This document shows positions 12,656 through 27,562 of a stretch of 64,000 nucleotides of DNA, in pieces. The notes under the pieces were generated by a model, which made no database searches, had not been told where the DNA came from, and saw only the letters and a program-made list of their open reading frames with translations. The position numbers were made by a program, and so were the translations under genes. Within the stretch, counting starts at the first letter, position 1. Each line of letters starts with the position of its first letter. Origin of the DNA: Monocercomonoides exilis PA203. Its lineage: Eukaryota > Protista > Preaxostyla. The DNA is taken from the NCBI GenBank assembly GCA_001643675.2, contig LSRY02000056.1:372001-436000 (forward strand). The letters run 5' to 3'.

Positions 12656-15600
12656 ATGTCTGAACTTGATTTTTCAATTGCGAATAGCTTCGAAGAAATA
12701 CGGCAAAACCTGGGTTTGCCATCATCCATGCAAACCTCAGTTCAACCAGCACCCCTTCAAGCTCAGTCTTATTCTTCATTCCCTTTTTCTCGTCAGGAAC
12801 CATCAACATCTTCATTAACTTCAACCCTACGTGATTCATCATTCTCACGTTCTCGTATCGATGTTTGATCAAATTTTTAAAATTTATGCTTTCTATTTAG
12901 TGGAATTTGATGATGTTTATCTTTTTGTTATTTTTAAGAATGAGCAATCAGTTCGAAATTCTCAGAGAGACGTTCAACTTAGAAAGCAAACAAAGCAGCT
13001 ATTTTCTGATTTAGCAATGGAATCTCTACAAAAACAAGTTTCAAGCATTGACAGTTCTGTTATTGAACTTGAAAAAAAGCTGAATTCTCAAGGTATTGAA
13101 CTAAACACTCGGCTATATACTTGCCAAAAAGAAATAATGAAAATTTCAGACATTCAAAAGAAAGGAGAAGACTTGTTCACAACATCTTTTCAACTTAATG
13201 AAGAGAAAAAAGATTTACTGAAAGAGTTACAAGAGACAAAATTGAGACTTGAACAAAAAACAAACGAACTTCATGAATTGAGTCAGAGAATATCATTGCT
13301 TACCGATAAAGTGAATGGATCAGAACGTAAGATGGTGGTATTGGGAAATTTAATAGAAACAACTGTGTCAGATGGCAGTGAGCGCTTTGAAAGATTACTT
13401 GTTTTGGAACGAAATGCCAAAGGAATAGAAGTTGATGTTGGGTTGCTAATGACAAAAGTGAAAGAAATGGAAAAAAGAGAACAAGAAAATGAGAAAGCAA
13501 GAAAGGTTGAGTGGAGTTCATGGAAAAAGGAGATTGCCAAATGGTTGGAGAAAGAGAAAGAGGAGAAAATAGAAATGGCAAGACTAACATATGAAGAAAC
13601 AGCGGTTGAAAAAGAGGCAGAACGAAGAGAAAGAGACGAAGCACAGAAGAAGAAAGACGACGAGCTGATGCGATTGATCAAGCAGCTGTATGAGGAGAAC
13701 AAAGCGATGAGAGCGCAGATGAATGCGTGCGAGGAGATGTGCAAAGGAACGAAAGACCGCTTTGAAGGGATAGGGAAAATGACAGATTCTGTGTATGAAG
13801 ACATGGCAGAGATAAGAGAAATGGCAGAAGAAGAGAACAAGAGGAGGAGAGAAGAGGAAGAGCGGGTGAAGGAGGAGAAGGAAAAGAGAAGAGCAGAGAA
13901 AGAGAAGATCAAAGCATACAGAAGGAAGAAGAAAGAGGAAGACGAAAAAAGACGAATGGACGAAATCCAGAAAATCATTGACGAATCAAAGAGAGACAGT
14001 GAGAAGACGCAGAAGCGGCGAGACGAGCAGCAGAAGGAGCAGCTGAGAGAGGTGGAGGCCGACTGCAAGAATCAGATACAGCGCCTGGCAGCAGAAGTCG
14101 AAAGAGCACAGGGAAACGCTGCTGAGTCGCTGCATCTGTCGCAGACGGCAAGTGACAAAGTGGAAAATGTGGTTAGCTCGTTCAAGAGACACGAGGAGAA
14201 TGAAGCGAAAAGAATGGAACGAGAAGACAGAAGGAAAGAAGAGGCTGAGCGGGCAGCAGAAGAGAAGAGAAGGAGAAAGAGAGAGAAAGAAGAAAGGCTG
14301 AATGAAGAGAAAGAAAGAGCAGAACGAGAAAAGAGCAAGCGGCGCCTGGAGAAGGAACGAGAGCGCGAACGTGAGAGAGCGAAAGCGAAAGAGAGAGAAA
14401 CAGAGAAAGACGAGCAGAACGCCCGCGAAATCATGCGGCAGAACGACAGGCTGCGCATTTTGAGTGACATTGTGACGTGTGCCCTGCCTCTTTTGGGATT
14501 GGAAATGGTGTCTCAAATACAATCTCTGCCTCAGCCACCACAGCATTCTCAGCAGCAGCTGGTGCAAAAGGGAGCATTCTCTCTCAATTCCAGCATCTCT
14601 ACTTCGTCTCTGACTCCTCTTTCTTCTTCCTCCTCTTCTTCCTCCTCCTCTTCTGCTGTTGGTAGCAGTAGTGCTTCTGTGTCATCTTCACCTCCTTCTG
14701 CTCAAACTGGCTCTCCTGTTTCCTTGTCAGGCTCTTCAAAGGCCAGGAAAGTTCCTCCGCTTTCTCTTTCATCAGCCACCCCGTCTTCCGCTGCTGGTTC
14801 CATCTCTTCCTCTGTGAATGCGAACTATGGCTCCTTGTATGCTTCTTCATTTGCCTCTCCTCGTGCCCTCCTTTCAGTGACTAACAAATCAGGTGACATT
14901 CAAGTCCGCTTCCGCCAGTCTGTGCCCTTGTGGACACTGGAAATTGACCAGCTGAAACAGATTCTCTTCAGACAGCCGTCTTCTTCTGCTTCTGCTTCTT
15001 CTGCTTCTTTGATGACAAACATTGTGTCGCCTCGCTATCCAAACATGGAGGCATCTGTCAATCATGATGACACATTCGCCAACACTCAGATCACTTCAGC
15101 TTCTTCTTCACTGACGAATTTGCTTAACACTCCAACATCATCTTCTTCCTCATCCTCTTCCTCTTCTTCTTTGCCTTTATCATCTGCCTCTGCCATGAGC
15201 TCGTCTGCTCCTTCTCCAAGATACCCTCCTCATTCATCAGAGCCGCAGCTGTCTCTTCCTGCCCTCTTTTCGCAGATTCAGCTGGCAATGCGGATGGTGC
15301 GTGATCTGTCGGGAATTGTGGAAGCGAACGGGAAAAGCGTAAATCAGATGAAAGTGAAGGTGGATGGGAACAGAGGCAGCACAGAACAGCTGATGCAGCG
15401 GATGGAGAAGACTGAGGGGGTTGTGAGGGAGCTGGAGAGGAGGGTGAATGGATGCGAAGTGAATGCAGAAGAGGAGAAGAGGAAGAATTCGGAAGAAAGA
15501 GAGAAGAGAAGGAGGGAGAACGAGAGAGACGCGGCTGAGCAGAGGAAGGAGAAAGAAGACGCAGAAAACAAAAATGCTTTTGCGATGGAAAGAGCAAAGC

Positions 15601-18600
15601 AAAGTTGCAGTTCAACAACTTCAACTTCTGCAGGTGAAGAGAAAGACAGTGAAAGAGAAAGAAGAGAGAAAGAAGAGAAAGAAGAGAGAGAAGAGAGAGA
15701 AAAGGAGTTTATCAAGCAGATTGTGGCAAAGAACATAAGCGAGGCGATGTTGTCTGAACAGGCGATGCTGCAGGAGCTGCTGAGTGAGATGAAGAAGGAA
15801 AGAGAAGCCAACGCTGCATTGTCAGAGCAGATGAAGGAAAGCTCGAAAAACAGCAAGCAGAACGGTTCTTCTTCTGCTTCTGCTTCTGCGTCTTCTTCTT
15901 CTTCAGATAGCAAAGCATCAGGCAACAATGAAGAAGGAGCAGATTCTGAAGACAGCTGCGTGCCAAGTGAGTCTTTTGCGAAGCGTGTGAATATAGTGCT
16001 TCTGGAGCTGATCCAGCTGTTTATGTTCAACATCTTTGTAGACCACGAGCCAGAGGAGGAGGACGGCGAAGAAGGCGACGGCGGAAGCGGCAGCGGCAGT
16101 GGCAATGCTGCTGAACAGAACAGCTCAGCCCCGCCGATCGACCATCTGAGCAACGATGTGGTGAATGTGTCGCGCGATCTGAGTGAGAGCATCCTCGTCA
16201 CACTCGCCAACATCACCAAGCACTGCGAGGAAAGCATCTCTTCTGCGTCGGCATCCCTTCAGAGCAGGCAGAAGCAGACAGAAGCGACTGTCAAAGAGGA
16301 AGTGAAGCAGATGAAGGCAGCAATAGAAACAGTGCAGAACTATGTGGAGTGGAGTTGCAAAGGGCGGCATTCGAAGTCTGCTTCGACGACTTCGTTGAAT
16401 TCGCCGCACAGCTCGCCTCATCTGCACCGCTCGGCCTCTTCGCTGACACCAGCAATGTCCCTCCATTCGTCTTCTCCTGTGCCTGAATCACCAAAAATAC
16501 AACACTCGCCGTCTGCTTCTGCTTCTTCTAGAGATATACGCAGAAACGAGACTTCGTCTTCCTCTTCTTCATCCTCTTCCTCTTCCTCTTCCTCTTCCTC
16601 TTCTTCATCTGCATCTGCATCTTCTTCTCCTTCTTCCCCCTTGGCATCGCCCACACTTCACAAGCACTCCCACAGCCGCTCCAGTTCGAAGTCTCAGCCG
16701 ATTCATTCATCGCCTTCATTCTCATCACCCGAAAGCTCACCTCATCGGCATCATCACCATCACCACCACCACACCTCCTCCCAATCATCATCTCAGGTCT
16801 CGTTTACTCCACTGCCTCAGCTGTCTCCTGCTTTGTCTTCTTCGAATTCCTCTTCTTCTTCTTCTTCGTCTTCGTCTTCCTCACTATCTTCCTTGCCTTC
16901 TGCTTCATCGAACGCTCAACTGGCATCTCCAATCACTTCAGCTCCTACCATCGTTGCATCTAATCCTTCTTCTTCTTCCTCTTCTTCTTCTTCCTCTTCT
17001 TCTTCTTCCTCTTCTTCTTTAAACAGCACCAAATCATCTTCTGCATCTGGCCATTTGACACTGTTAGAAGAGGACAAACAGGACGGATGCGAAATTGAGT
17101 CTATTCATGTTTCTATTTCAGACAATTCTGTGCAATATCCTTCAGTGGAATCAACAATGGTCGAGCTGATTGAACCAGAAAAGGAAAAGGAAAATGACAA
17201 AGAAAATGAGAAGGAAGAGGAAAAAGAAAAAGAAAATGATGAAGTGGTCAGAGCAGTGAAAGGGAAAAGGGAAGGGCAAAGAAGCACTGAAGATGAAGAG
17301 ACTCAAAACAAAACAGGAAAAGAAAGTGAAAACACGAAAAATACTAAAAATGAAGCTAATGGTAACCAAGAAAATGAGCAAGAGAAAGAAATGGACAAAT
17401 ACGAGGAGACAGAAGTTATGTCGTTCCACAACCAATTTGACACAGAAAAGGAGGCGACTGCCTCGCAAAGCCAGCTGTTTCCGCTGATTCCCTCGGAAAT
17501 GCAGCAAAATTCGCAATTGAATGTGAAACAAAGCGAGAATTCAGATGAGCGGACAACAAAACAGTCTGAAGAAATGCAATCAAATGAGTTGGATCAAAAC
17601 AAAGCAAAAGAGGAAAACAAAACAGGAGCGCATAAAAGGAGTGATGATGAAAGAGGCAGAAAACTGAATATGGACGATGATGAGGATCTGTTTTTGGAGT
17701 GGAAAGGCAGCGACGATGGGACAGAAACAAAGAAAGCGAAGAAAGATAGCGGGAAAGCACAAGATCAAGAGGAGGAAGAAGAAGAGGAAGAGGAAGAGGA
17801 GGAAGAAGAAGATGTGGAAGAAGAGGAAGAGACAGAAAACGAAGTGAAACCTTTTTCTTTGGACAAAAATGATGCTCAAAGTGAAACACATCAACAGCCA
17901 TCTTTAAATCCATGCGCTTCTTCGACAGTTTTGATGTCTCGCAAAAAGCCAGATGCTGAAGTTGATTCATCACAAGCACAACAACAACAACAACAACAAC
18001 AGCCTCCATCCACTCCAACCTCAACTTCTGCCACAGTCTTCCCTCCACCTCCTCCTCCTTCTCATTCATCGTCATCTCCTTCTGGAAACCACACAACATT
18101 ATCTACACCTCAAACTGATAATAACACTTCATCATCATCATCTTCTTCTTCTTCTTCTTCCACATCACCCTCTCAACCTTCAACATCCACCACTGGTTCT
18201 TCTCTTCCTCCATCACATCCATTCAATCTCGCAGTCGGACAAGCCTCGTCTCCTTCATCCTCAGCTGCTCTTCCTTCAAACACATCAGCCCAGCCAAATC
18301 GCCAAATGGCTGCTTCTGCCAAGCCACAGGCATCCAAACTGGCAAAGCCATCTTCTCAGTCTTCGATGGCATCAGATGCAAATGATTCAGCAACAGCAAC
18401 AACAGCTACACCAGTTACTCCAAGAGCTTCTTCATTCTCATCCTCATCATCCTCCTCATCAAACTCAGCCCCAGTCAACGCACACACCCCAATCCCCACC
18501 CCTTCAACCACACCTCTTCCTCCCGCACACTCTCCTTCTCCTTCTCACTCCCCCTCTCAGTCAGTCCAGCCAACCTCACAAACACCCCAGCCAGCAACGA

Positions 18601-19154
18601 CTCCTGTGAATGCGCCGCTGAGTCTGGAGGAAGTGGCAGCTGTGTACCAGCACCAGATCGACCTGCTGCATCAGGAGCAGCAGAAAGTGCGGCAGAAAGT
18701 GGAGAGCGAAGAGCTCGAGGCAGAGCAGCAGAAGCAGCTTCTGGCGTACGAGCAGCAGCTCATCCAGCAGCAGTACCAGGTCTACCACCAGTTCCAGCAG
18801 TACCAGCGGCAGGTGCTCGCACAGAGCCAGGCTGCGATGCTCGCCTCGCCAAGAAACACGCAGCAGGCGATGCATCGTCAGCAGCAGCAGCAGATACAGC
18901 AACAACAACAGCAGCAGCAACAAACACAACATCAGCCTCATTATGAGCAGCCCCACCACCATCACCGCAATTCTTCCTCGGGCATCCAGCAGTCAGGGTC
19001 GCTTTCTGCTCGGTCAACAGGAGCTGCGTCCACCACTCCGCGCGCACTCTCTCATGGATCTCCTGCGTTTTCTTCTCGTCGTTCTCACGATCGGGATTCT
19101 CGCCATTCCCACTCAACAAGATCAAGTTCTGGTTCTTACCTGAAAAAAGGTTGA
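12656..19154 (+). CDS. Hypothetical protein of about 2100 aa, coiled-coil and low-complexity; one probable intron at about 12863-12938
   Basis: Long ORF 12831-19154 with heptad-like E/K/R helices and poly-Ser, His and Gln tracts; upstream exon MSELDFSIANSFEEIRQNLG.. ends at a GTTTGA donor. Confidence 0.8.
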
Positions 19155-19356
19155 AGCTGAAATCGAAAATCATATTTTATTGTTTCATTATTGATATTGT
19201 TCATTTGGGGGTTGTAAGAAAGGAATAATATTCTGCAGTTAAATATTTGTCGAATTTTAATTATGTGGATTCTGTGCCCTTAATTTAGATTTATTTTTTC
19301 TTAAAATTAATAATTAATTTTTTTTCGTAAAGAAGCTTGATCTTTGATTTTCAATC

Positions 19357-20075
19357 ATGCCAAAGCACGAAAAATCTCAAGAAAGATATCAAATAGAAGA
19401 AAAGCCAGATGAAAAAGAATTGAAAGCAAGAGAAGTACTTTCCACGTTTTCAAACAAATTTTCTTTTGGAAGGGTAACCATCAAAAATGTCGGAGCGCTT
19501 AGAGTTTTAAATTCAACATGCCTTCCTGTTCATTATCGAAATTGGTTTTATGATGGTATTTTCGACAGAGAAGAAAAATATGCAAGAATTGGTTTGTTAA
19601 TAACTTTTCTTACAAACAAATTTTAATTACAAAACGTATTTATTTCAAACATTTTCAAACACGATGATTTGAAAAAAATAAGTTTCATTCAATGATATTC
19701 TTGTTGGTGGTGTTGTCTTCAATAAAGATGATGTTTCATCTTATTACATAATGTCATTTTCTGTTTTGAAGCAATTTAGGCGTTGTAAAATTGGTTTGAC
19801 TGAATTCCATTTGTATTTATTTCACTTTTTTGCTTCTATCATAAAACTTTAAATTATAATTCAAAGGAACATATCTGATGAATTACGTTCTCAATGTTGC
19901 AAAGGACGATCCAGCAATTAAACGAATTCATTTGAATGTTCATGTAATAAATAAATCTGCAATTGATTTTTACATGAATGCATTTGGGTTCGTTCAAAAG
20001 AAGCGAATTGAAAAGTATTATAAAACTCTTAAACCATCATCATGCTATGAACTGGAGAAAGAAATTACTCATTAA
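19357..20075 (+). CDS. NAA50: N-alpha-acetyltransferase 50 (NatE catalytic subunit, GNAT fold), 3 exons
   Basis: VTIKNVGALRVLNSTCLPVHYRNWFY; middle exon FNDILVGGV..YIMSFSVLKQFRRCKIG; IHLNVHVINKSAIDFY..FGF..KYYKTLKP all follow NAA50 motifs. Confidence 0.85.
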
Positions 20076-21067
20076 GCACATTTCATTTAATGAATTAATA
20101 TGTATCAAGAAGTGATTTCTTTTTCTTTTTCTTTTTTTTTTTTTGAACATTGATTATTGTAGAAGATAAAAATAATCGAGAAATTCTGATTGCATTGAAA
20201 ATGCAACAAAACATCGTGGCAACAAAGAAAAAATGAGAAGAAAAAAGAGTTGAATACAACGCTGTTATACATCTGGAGCAATAAAGTTATTCAAAGTTAA
20301 GTTTTGACGAGGATAGACACGTAATAGAATGAACAATAATTGCTCTTGGTATATGTAAGAAAGAATAAGTGCTAATTTATAAAAATTAAAAAGCAAGAAA
20401 GAAACACGACATTGAGAAGATGCGTAAGATGTGAATTGACACAATAAAAATAAAGAAAAAAAAAACTTTTATATGACTTAATGAAAAAAAGAGTTTAGAG
20501 GTCATACAAATCCAGATGATAAACAACTTTCAGAGAACGGAGATAAAATCAATAGAAGTGCACAAAATAAAAGGAAGAAAAATTGATGTGAATTGAGATT
20601 CAAAAAAACAGCTCATCATACAGAGAAACCTGCACAGAACATACAAAGAAAAACGGAAAGAAAACGTGGGGTGAATTTATGAAATTTCCCAATTGAGCAT
20701 ATTGCCAATGAAAAAACAACGTCACTGTATCCTTCGGTTATGTAAGTGTAAAGGTGAAAAATAAAAAGAAATCAAAGAACAGAACAGAACAGAAAGAAAA
20801 AAAGAACAAGAAGTTGCGAAAATGCTTTAGACCACTGAAAAAAACAATAAATTAACATTCAAAAAAAAAGGTTAATTACAGAAATAAAAAGAAACTGAAT
20901 GATAGAAGTGTATGTGCCTCATTCCAAAATTCAACTCATTTCATTTTTTATTTTTTGTAGCTTGAAAAGGAAAATATATAAATAGTTTGACTTTAAAAAT
21001 CAATTTTCTTCTTTTTCTCCACGTTTTCATTTCCGTTTTATCTATTTGTTGCTTTTTTAACAGGTTC

Positions 21068-22820
21068 TCAGATCCGAAGAATCTGGATGAGTGTTTCCAT
21101 TGCAATGGCAATCCACGAAGGATGCTGAGAAGACCAGCTGACAGTGTTGATAGGCTGTGCAGCATGATATGCAAGATATGGCTCTGAAAAAAAAAAAGAA
21201 AAGAAATGCAATTGAAATATGAAAGAGATGAAGATTATTAAAAATGAAAGAATAAAATAAACAGAGCGAAAAAAGAAAAGAAAAGAAAAGAGCAATGGAT
21301 GATCAATGAAATAATTCACGTCTTCAGAAACATTCAACAAAACACTGCCTCGATCCACACCTTTTATTTCTTTGGGGGCAGAGCGAAGATCCCAAATGAA
21401 TGCGTTGCTATCATCGCTTCCTGAGGCAATGTAGTGAGGTGATGATGGCGCCCAGTCAATTGAATTGGTAGGCTGTGTGTGGCCAGTCAGCTGGAGAAGA
21501 GGCAGAGATGGTTGCCTATGGAAATAAATGAGTGAAATGGAGGCGTGTGTTTTTCAACGGGGGAAAAAAAGTGTTATTGAAAATAATAGCAACAACAATA
21601 ACAATAAAGAAAAAGCGTTAAAAAAAGAAAATGTTGAAAATGCAACATGTTGATTATAAAACAGTAGCTTTCATAATTCTTTAAACTTTCAGTTTCATTC
21701 TACAAAGTCAAAAATCAATTTCATAAACTTTCGCACCTTATATCCAATATGACAACAGTTGCAGTATCCAAAATAAGAGTTGCGAGGTAATTTGGCTCAA
21801 CATGACTCCACTTCACCCTCAACAATGGAGAATATTTTGGTGATTCATAGATGATTGTTGAATGTTCAAGGTTTCTGAATAAACGTTTGCAAACAAAATA
21901 ATAGGGAAATGAATATTAATAATAATATTGTATGATTCAATGGCACAAGGAGCAATGACAAATTTTAAGTTGAATCGAAAAAAGAAAAGAAAAAGATTTG
22001 TTTGAAGAGTTATAAATTATTCACAACAAAAAAGAATAACGACGTTACAAAACTTGAACAATCCATATAGTAAAATTGGCACACCTTAAATCAAATAATC
22101 TAACAGAACCATCTGCTCCAACAGTTGTAAATACATGAACTCCTGATGTGAAAGCAATATCGAAAACTTCTTTGTCATGAGCAATTAACTGAGCCATTGC
22201 CCTTTCATTCTATAAATTGCATATAACAAAATATTAAATTTTTAAGAATAATGTTGCAAACTTGTATGTCCCAGATTGTGCAAGTGGTATCAATACTTGA
22301 AGTTCCAATAATATTTGGATCCGTGAAATTCCAATCGAATGAAGTGAGTGGTGCGTGATGTTCGCTTCCTGGTGTTTGCTAAAAAGAAATGCAACAAAAG
22401 AATGAAAAATAGAAAGAAAAGTGAATGAATGATGTTGCATACGCTGTTTAAAACGCATTTGTTAACAACAGATGAACCTTTCAATTCCCAAATTCTAAGG
22501 AAATCACCTGTAGTTGCAAATAAATCTGGTTTGTCTGATTGTGTATATGGCATCCACATAACTTTTGTTGGTGGAAATTGATGTTCTACTGTCGTAATTT
22601 GTTTGAGTTGTCGAGCGCTTTCATCGAGTTGGATAAGTGTAATGCGATTTGAAAGATTTTCAGTAAATGAAGTGAAGGCAAGTCGATAAGGAAATTCTTT
22701 TCTCCAACTCCAATCAACTGAATAGACAGGATGACTGGCAGTAAATGTATAAATCTCTTTCTTTGATGAATCAGAATCTGATTGCTTAGCATCCACTGGA
22801 GGAAGACGGGGATCAGCCAT
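21068..22820 (-). CDS. DCAF7: WD40 protein of the DCAF7/WDR68/TTG1 family, multi-exon
   Basis: [52 protein letters not shown]; [15 protein letters not shown]; [13 protein letters not shown]; C-terminus [15 protein letters not shown]. Confidence 0.93.
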
Positions 22821-23064
22821 TTCTAAAATGAATAAAGAAAAAAGTATAAAAATAAATTTAAAAGATATAAGGAACAGGACTTTTTCAGCAACGAGTTTGA
22901 TCTATCCCATTGTTTAACAATTATTTGTTTGACTCTCAAATTCTTAATAATTGTAAACAAAAAAATTGATTGATTAAAAAAGTGCGAATGTAAAAAGAGA
23001 AGCTTAAGCATTAATTGGTTTTACGAAAAAGAATCGAATCAAACAAAAAATCTGAAATGAGCTA

Positions 23065-26000
23065 TCAAATGAGAAATGAAGAAACATTTTGATGTGTTTG
23101 ATAGAAAGATAAGAGGTTTGCTGTTTCGTAAAGTGATGCTCCAATCCATGGAATGAGTGAAGTGTTGTGAGGTGCTTGAACTTTTGTAGTGTTTGACGAT
23201 AGAATAGCGAGGAGATGAAGCCAGCTTATAAGATTTATTTGGGCTTCAGATGAAAGAAATGGTGCTGGAGGTGGATATTGTGTTGGTATGACACAAGACA
23301 TAACCACTTCAAATATTGAATGGACAACCTTCATCTCTTTGTATCCATACATATTTGCTTTTTGACGTTTCAAAGTTTCATATGCAATTCTTGAAATTGT
23401 GTCAATTTGCTTCAAATAGTAATAAATTTTCCCTTCTTCTGCACTTTGAGAAGTCTGCACTGATGAGATTGTTGAAGAGAAACCTGCAGATGCTTTTAAA
23501 GGATCTTGTTCGTTTGCTACAGGATTCAGAACAGTTGAACAATTGCTTGAAGTTTCTTCTTGAGGATGTTTTTGACAACCAGAAGTTTTGTTTTGCTCTT
23601 TTTCGTTCTTTTCACTTTCTTTTTCTTTTTCTTTTTCCAATGGTAATTTAAGAGCTTCAATGCAATGAAGTACCCCTCGAAAAAGAAGGATAATAATCGT
23701 ATTAAACATGAAATCGTTGTTCAAATATGAATCTTTGTTATCTCTGTTTGAATCATATTTTTTGTCTGTTTGCCGAGCAATTGGATCATCATTCATTTTT
23801 CCCTTTGGATTTTCTTTCTTTTCGTCTTTGATAAAACTTGAGCTTTCATGTCCAGCAGCAAAACATTCATTATGTGAATGAAAAGCTTGCATAAGCTCGA
23901 AAACAGCCTGAAGAATTTCCGAAAAAGAAGGGAAAATTGGAGGGAACAAAAGCTGCTGCTGAACAGAAAGTGAGCAAAACGGATAAGGAAGCGGATGGCG
24001 AATCATCTCTTCCAATTTCACTTGTTGTGAAATTTTGGATGGCTTTGGAGAGGATGAAGCTGGTGAAGAGGAAGAACGAGCAGACGAACCTGATAATGAA
24101 ATCTCTGATGAGAAACGAGAAGAGTTCTTGAGTCTTCTGATTCTCATTTCTGATGATTGAATATCAATTTCCTCCTCTTCCTCCTCTTCCTCCTCCTCTT
24201 CATCTTCATCTTCATCTGTCTCATCGTCATATTCGTAAGGGTAGTTCTCGTCAAACTTTTTTTCGTTCTTCGCTTTGTCTAATTCTTCACCGGTCAAATA
24301 ATCATAGCGAGCTTCATTCATTCCTTCGTTCCATTGTTCTCTTTTTCCTTTCTTTCTGTTTTTCTCCTTCTGTTGCATCTGATCTTCATTATCCAGATTT
24401 GACTGCTCAAAATAGCCTTCTTCTTTTTCATCCTCTTCCTTCACTGAATAAAGTGTCAGAATGTCTTTCCTTGTCTCTGGCAATTTTGAAGGAGATAGCA
24501 AACTTCCGCTATGTTTTGGTTTCTCTCCTGTTTCTTCACTTTCTCTTCCTTCTTTATCAACTGCTTCTTTCACATTATCTATTTTTTTCTTTTCCTCTCT
24601 TTCTTTTTCCAACTTTTCCTCTTCCTCCTTCTTCTTCTTCTCTTCTTCTCTTCGCCTGCACTCCAGCTCCTCTTCGCTTTCTCCAACAGACGCAAAAAAT
24701 GGGTGGCGACGAGCAGCCGATGCTGAAAGGCGATTGACTGGATTGACAGAGAGGCAGAGACGGCACAGATCAGCACAGTCATGGGAAAGTCTTTCCAATG
24801 GAGAAAAATCTGGTGAAATGTGGAGTTGACGACTATGAGAGGAAAATGGTTTGGTTTAATTATTTTCGCACAAAAAAATAATGAATGGAGTGTTTTTTTG
24901 ATGGAATAAGTTTATTTTCAAAATTGAGAGTATATTTGAAGAACGGAAAAAAGGATGTTTTCAGATTACAAAATTATATAAAAATACAAAGAATATAAGA
25001 AAATAAGCACACTCAATTAAATCAGCTTCACTGAAACGTAGATAAATCGCATTTAAAGTTTTCGTTTGGGTGATTATCGCAACAAGAGGCAAAAGCAAAA
25101 AATGATAATAAATTCAAAGTTTTGTTTAAGTACAATGAATAAACGCATTCGGTTTAAAAAAATAGATAAGTTTTAAAAAAAGATTGTTTAGATTAATATT
25201 CTTCTAAATAAGCTAAATATTTGCACACTTTATAGGTTTCAACCATCTGAGTGAATAAAAAGAATAAAAAAATTATTGTGGAAATCAAATAAAAGTTATA
25301 ATCAATTAGAACTTGAACCTTTCTCCTGGACGAGACGGTGGATAGTCAAAAGGGAAATGCCTAAAGAAACATTAAAAAAGTTAAATAGAACATGAAAATA
25401 TATGTAAAAATAACCAATTTTCAAGTAATGAACTTCAGTTTAAGAATTGTAATCGAAAAGTTTAAAAATAATTGTAGTTGTTTTCATAAGGTTTGTCTAT
25501 TATTGAACTCATAATTTTCGCTTTTCATTATTTAATGAAAGTTCTCACAAGCAGCATCATTCATCATCTTTAATGCACACCCAGAAACTACTTTGAAAAG
25601 GACAACGCCAAATGAATAGATGTCCTCTTTTCCAGAGACAATTGAGGTCTCCTTCATCACAGCCAGCCTCTTTTTATCTTTCATTCTTTCGCTAACAGTC
25701 AAATCACGCTTGTCACGGAAGAGCTCAGGCGCCTAAGTTGTGAAGCAAAGAAAGAATAAAATTAATAAATAAAATTAAGTATCGAAAATAGCGTGGGCGA
25801 GAATAATGTTCAAATATGAAGGGAATGCATCAAAACAATTTCTCCGATAGCATTAAAAAAATAATTTTAAAAAAAAAACGAAATTAACACATCATCAATT
25901 AAAACATACGCGAATCATTGGTGTTCTAGAAAATTGATTGGTCAAGTAGAATGTGTTTTACGGGAAATGAAGATATAAAGCAATTACATTTATCGGTTGC

Positions 26001-27562
26001 GATTTGAAAAATCATCATTAGAAAATCGTAACATTCAAATAAAGATTCAAAAATATGATATTAATTCACAAAATACCCAATATTGAGTGTAGCATTCAGC
26101 AAGGCTCCGTTGTGTATATCGTGTCTCGCAGTACCATAGTCTGCAACAACAGCCAGCGGCGTCTTTTGTGTGATTGTAAACGGTAGCTGTTTGGGTGCAA
26201 AAGGAGGGAGCACAGACGCAACAGGAGGAGAAGGCGATGACTGGGTGAGTGACAGTGATTGTGATGTGGTGTTGGAAGATTGCTGGGGAATTGGCGATAT
26301 TGTTGGTTTCGCTTCATTTTGTTGTGAAAGTGTTGCTTGAGAAGAAGGGTTGGCAGAAGAGGATGTGAGTGGCTGAAGAACAGAAGAAAAATTATTTGCC
26401 AGTTCTGTTGTTGAAGACATAGAAGAAGTTGTGGATGAAAGAGAAGGGGTTAGTTCAGGAGGAAGTGTATTCGGTTGAGGTGGTTCAGTTGCAATCAGAA
26501 CATTATCAGCTTTTAAATCTCTGAGAAATATTTGGCAAAGCATTAAAAAGTTTTTATACATGTTTTGAATAACAGTTTTCAGATAAAAAAGGACAACGTG
26601 AAATTTTTCGTTTATAACAAAAAAACACAAGCCTATGAATCATCCCAGCTGTGTTCATGGCGCATAGGCAGTCCACTGTTAATGTTATGAATCAAAATGT
26701 TGATATTTAGTTCATTCAAAAAAATCAGCCATGCAAAGCAAATGCAGCATACAAATCTGAGCGAAGACATGACGAATTATATCCACATTAAGATTTTCAG
26801 TTTTTTTCATGAATGTTGTCAGGGTCTGGATCAATAAAGCGAATTTCATCAAAAAAATGATATTTTAAAAAATCGTCTTATAAAAAATGCTTAATAATTA
26901 GCAACCTCTCCTTTTATATATTGCATCAAATATCCTCGACACTTAAAACTGTTAACCGTTTGAAAAATTGGAACAGCGTGCGATGTGTACCTGAGTTAAA
27001 TATTTATTTGTTAATTGACTCGCTAATTCTTATTAAAATTGGTGATCTCAACCTTGGAAGCATCATTCCAGCTCGAACTTCTCGACTAAAATAACTTTTT
27101 GAGTATGCTCGATGTGGAGGAATTAGTTTTAAGGCGCATATTTCTGGTGTTTGAGCAGCACGCCCTTCACATACACGAACAAGAAAAACTCTAAATGAGG
27201 CAAAAAAATTGTTATATATTTCTAAAATGCACAGTAAATGAAAAAGCACAACTGTCCAAATGATCCATGTCCTATCTCAATTTATTTGGTTTCAAAATGG
27301 AAATTTTTAACATAAAATCAAAAATAAAAAATAAACCATACCGAGAAGTTCAAGAATCTATTTTATCAGATGCATTTATTCAAAATAAAAATTAAAACAA
27401 ATTTCCATGTCGTAATCTTCAACTAAATTTTCAAACAGTCACAGGACCAATATCAAGAAAAAGAATTGAACCACGGCATGGAGAAGAATCTGAACAAAAA
27501 TATTGATATGCTGTTGCTATACACTCCGGGGTATACCCGGGGTAAGCTTTCAGACTTTGCAT
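23065..27562 (-). CDS. Ser/Thr protein kinase, many exons, with acidic C-terminal extension
   Basis: Gly loop IGHGSFG (about 27255-27275); CALKLI; HR|DLKADNVL; VADYGTA; APELF; DIYSFGVVLF; LSHDCADLCRLCLSVNPVNRLSASAARRHPFF; ATG at 27562. Confidence 0.88.

Noticed and set aside
2943-19173. Numerous overlapping antisense and alternative-frame ORFs rich in F/S/L or H/L
   Set aside because: Shadow ORFs of low-complexity coding sequence; the same applies at 23-25 kb and 54-60 kb
20520-20625. C/D-box snoRNA on the minus strand (ATGATGA...CTGA)
   Set aside because: No terminal stem or recognisable rRNA guide; such motifs are expected by chance
27526-27543. GC-rich near-palindrome ccggggtatacccgggg
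   Set aside because: Lies in the first kinase exon (YPGYTPE); single short occurrence
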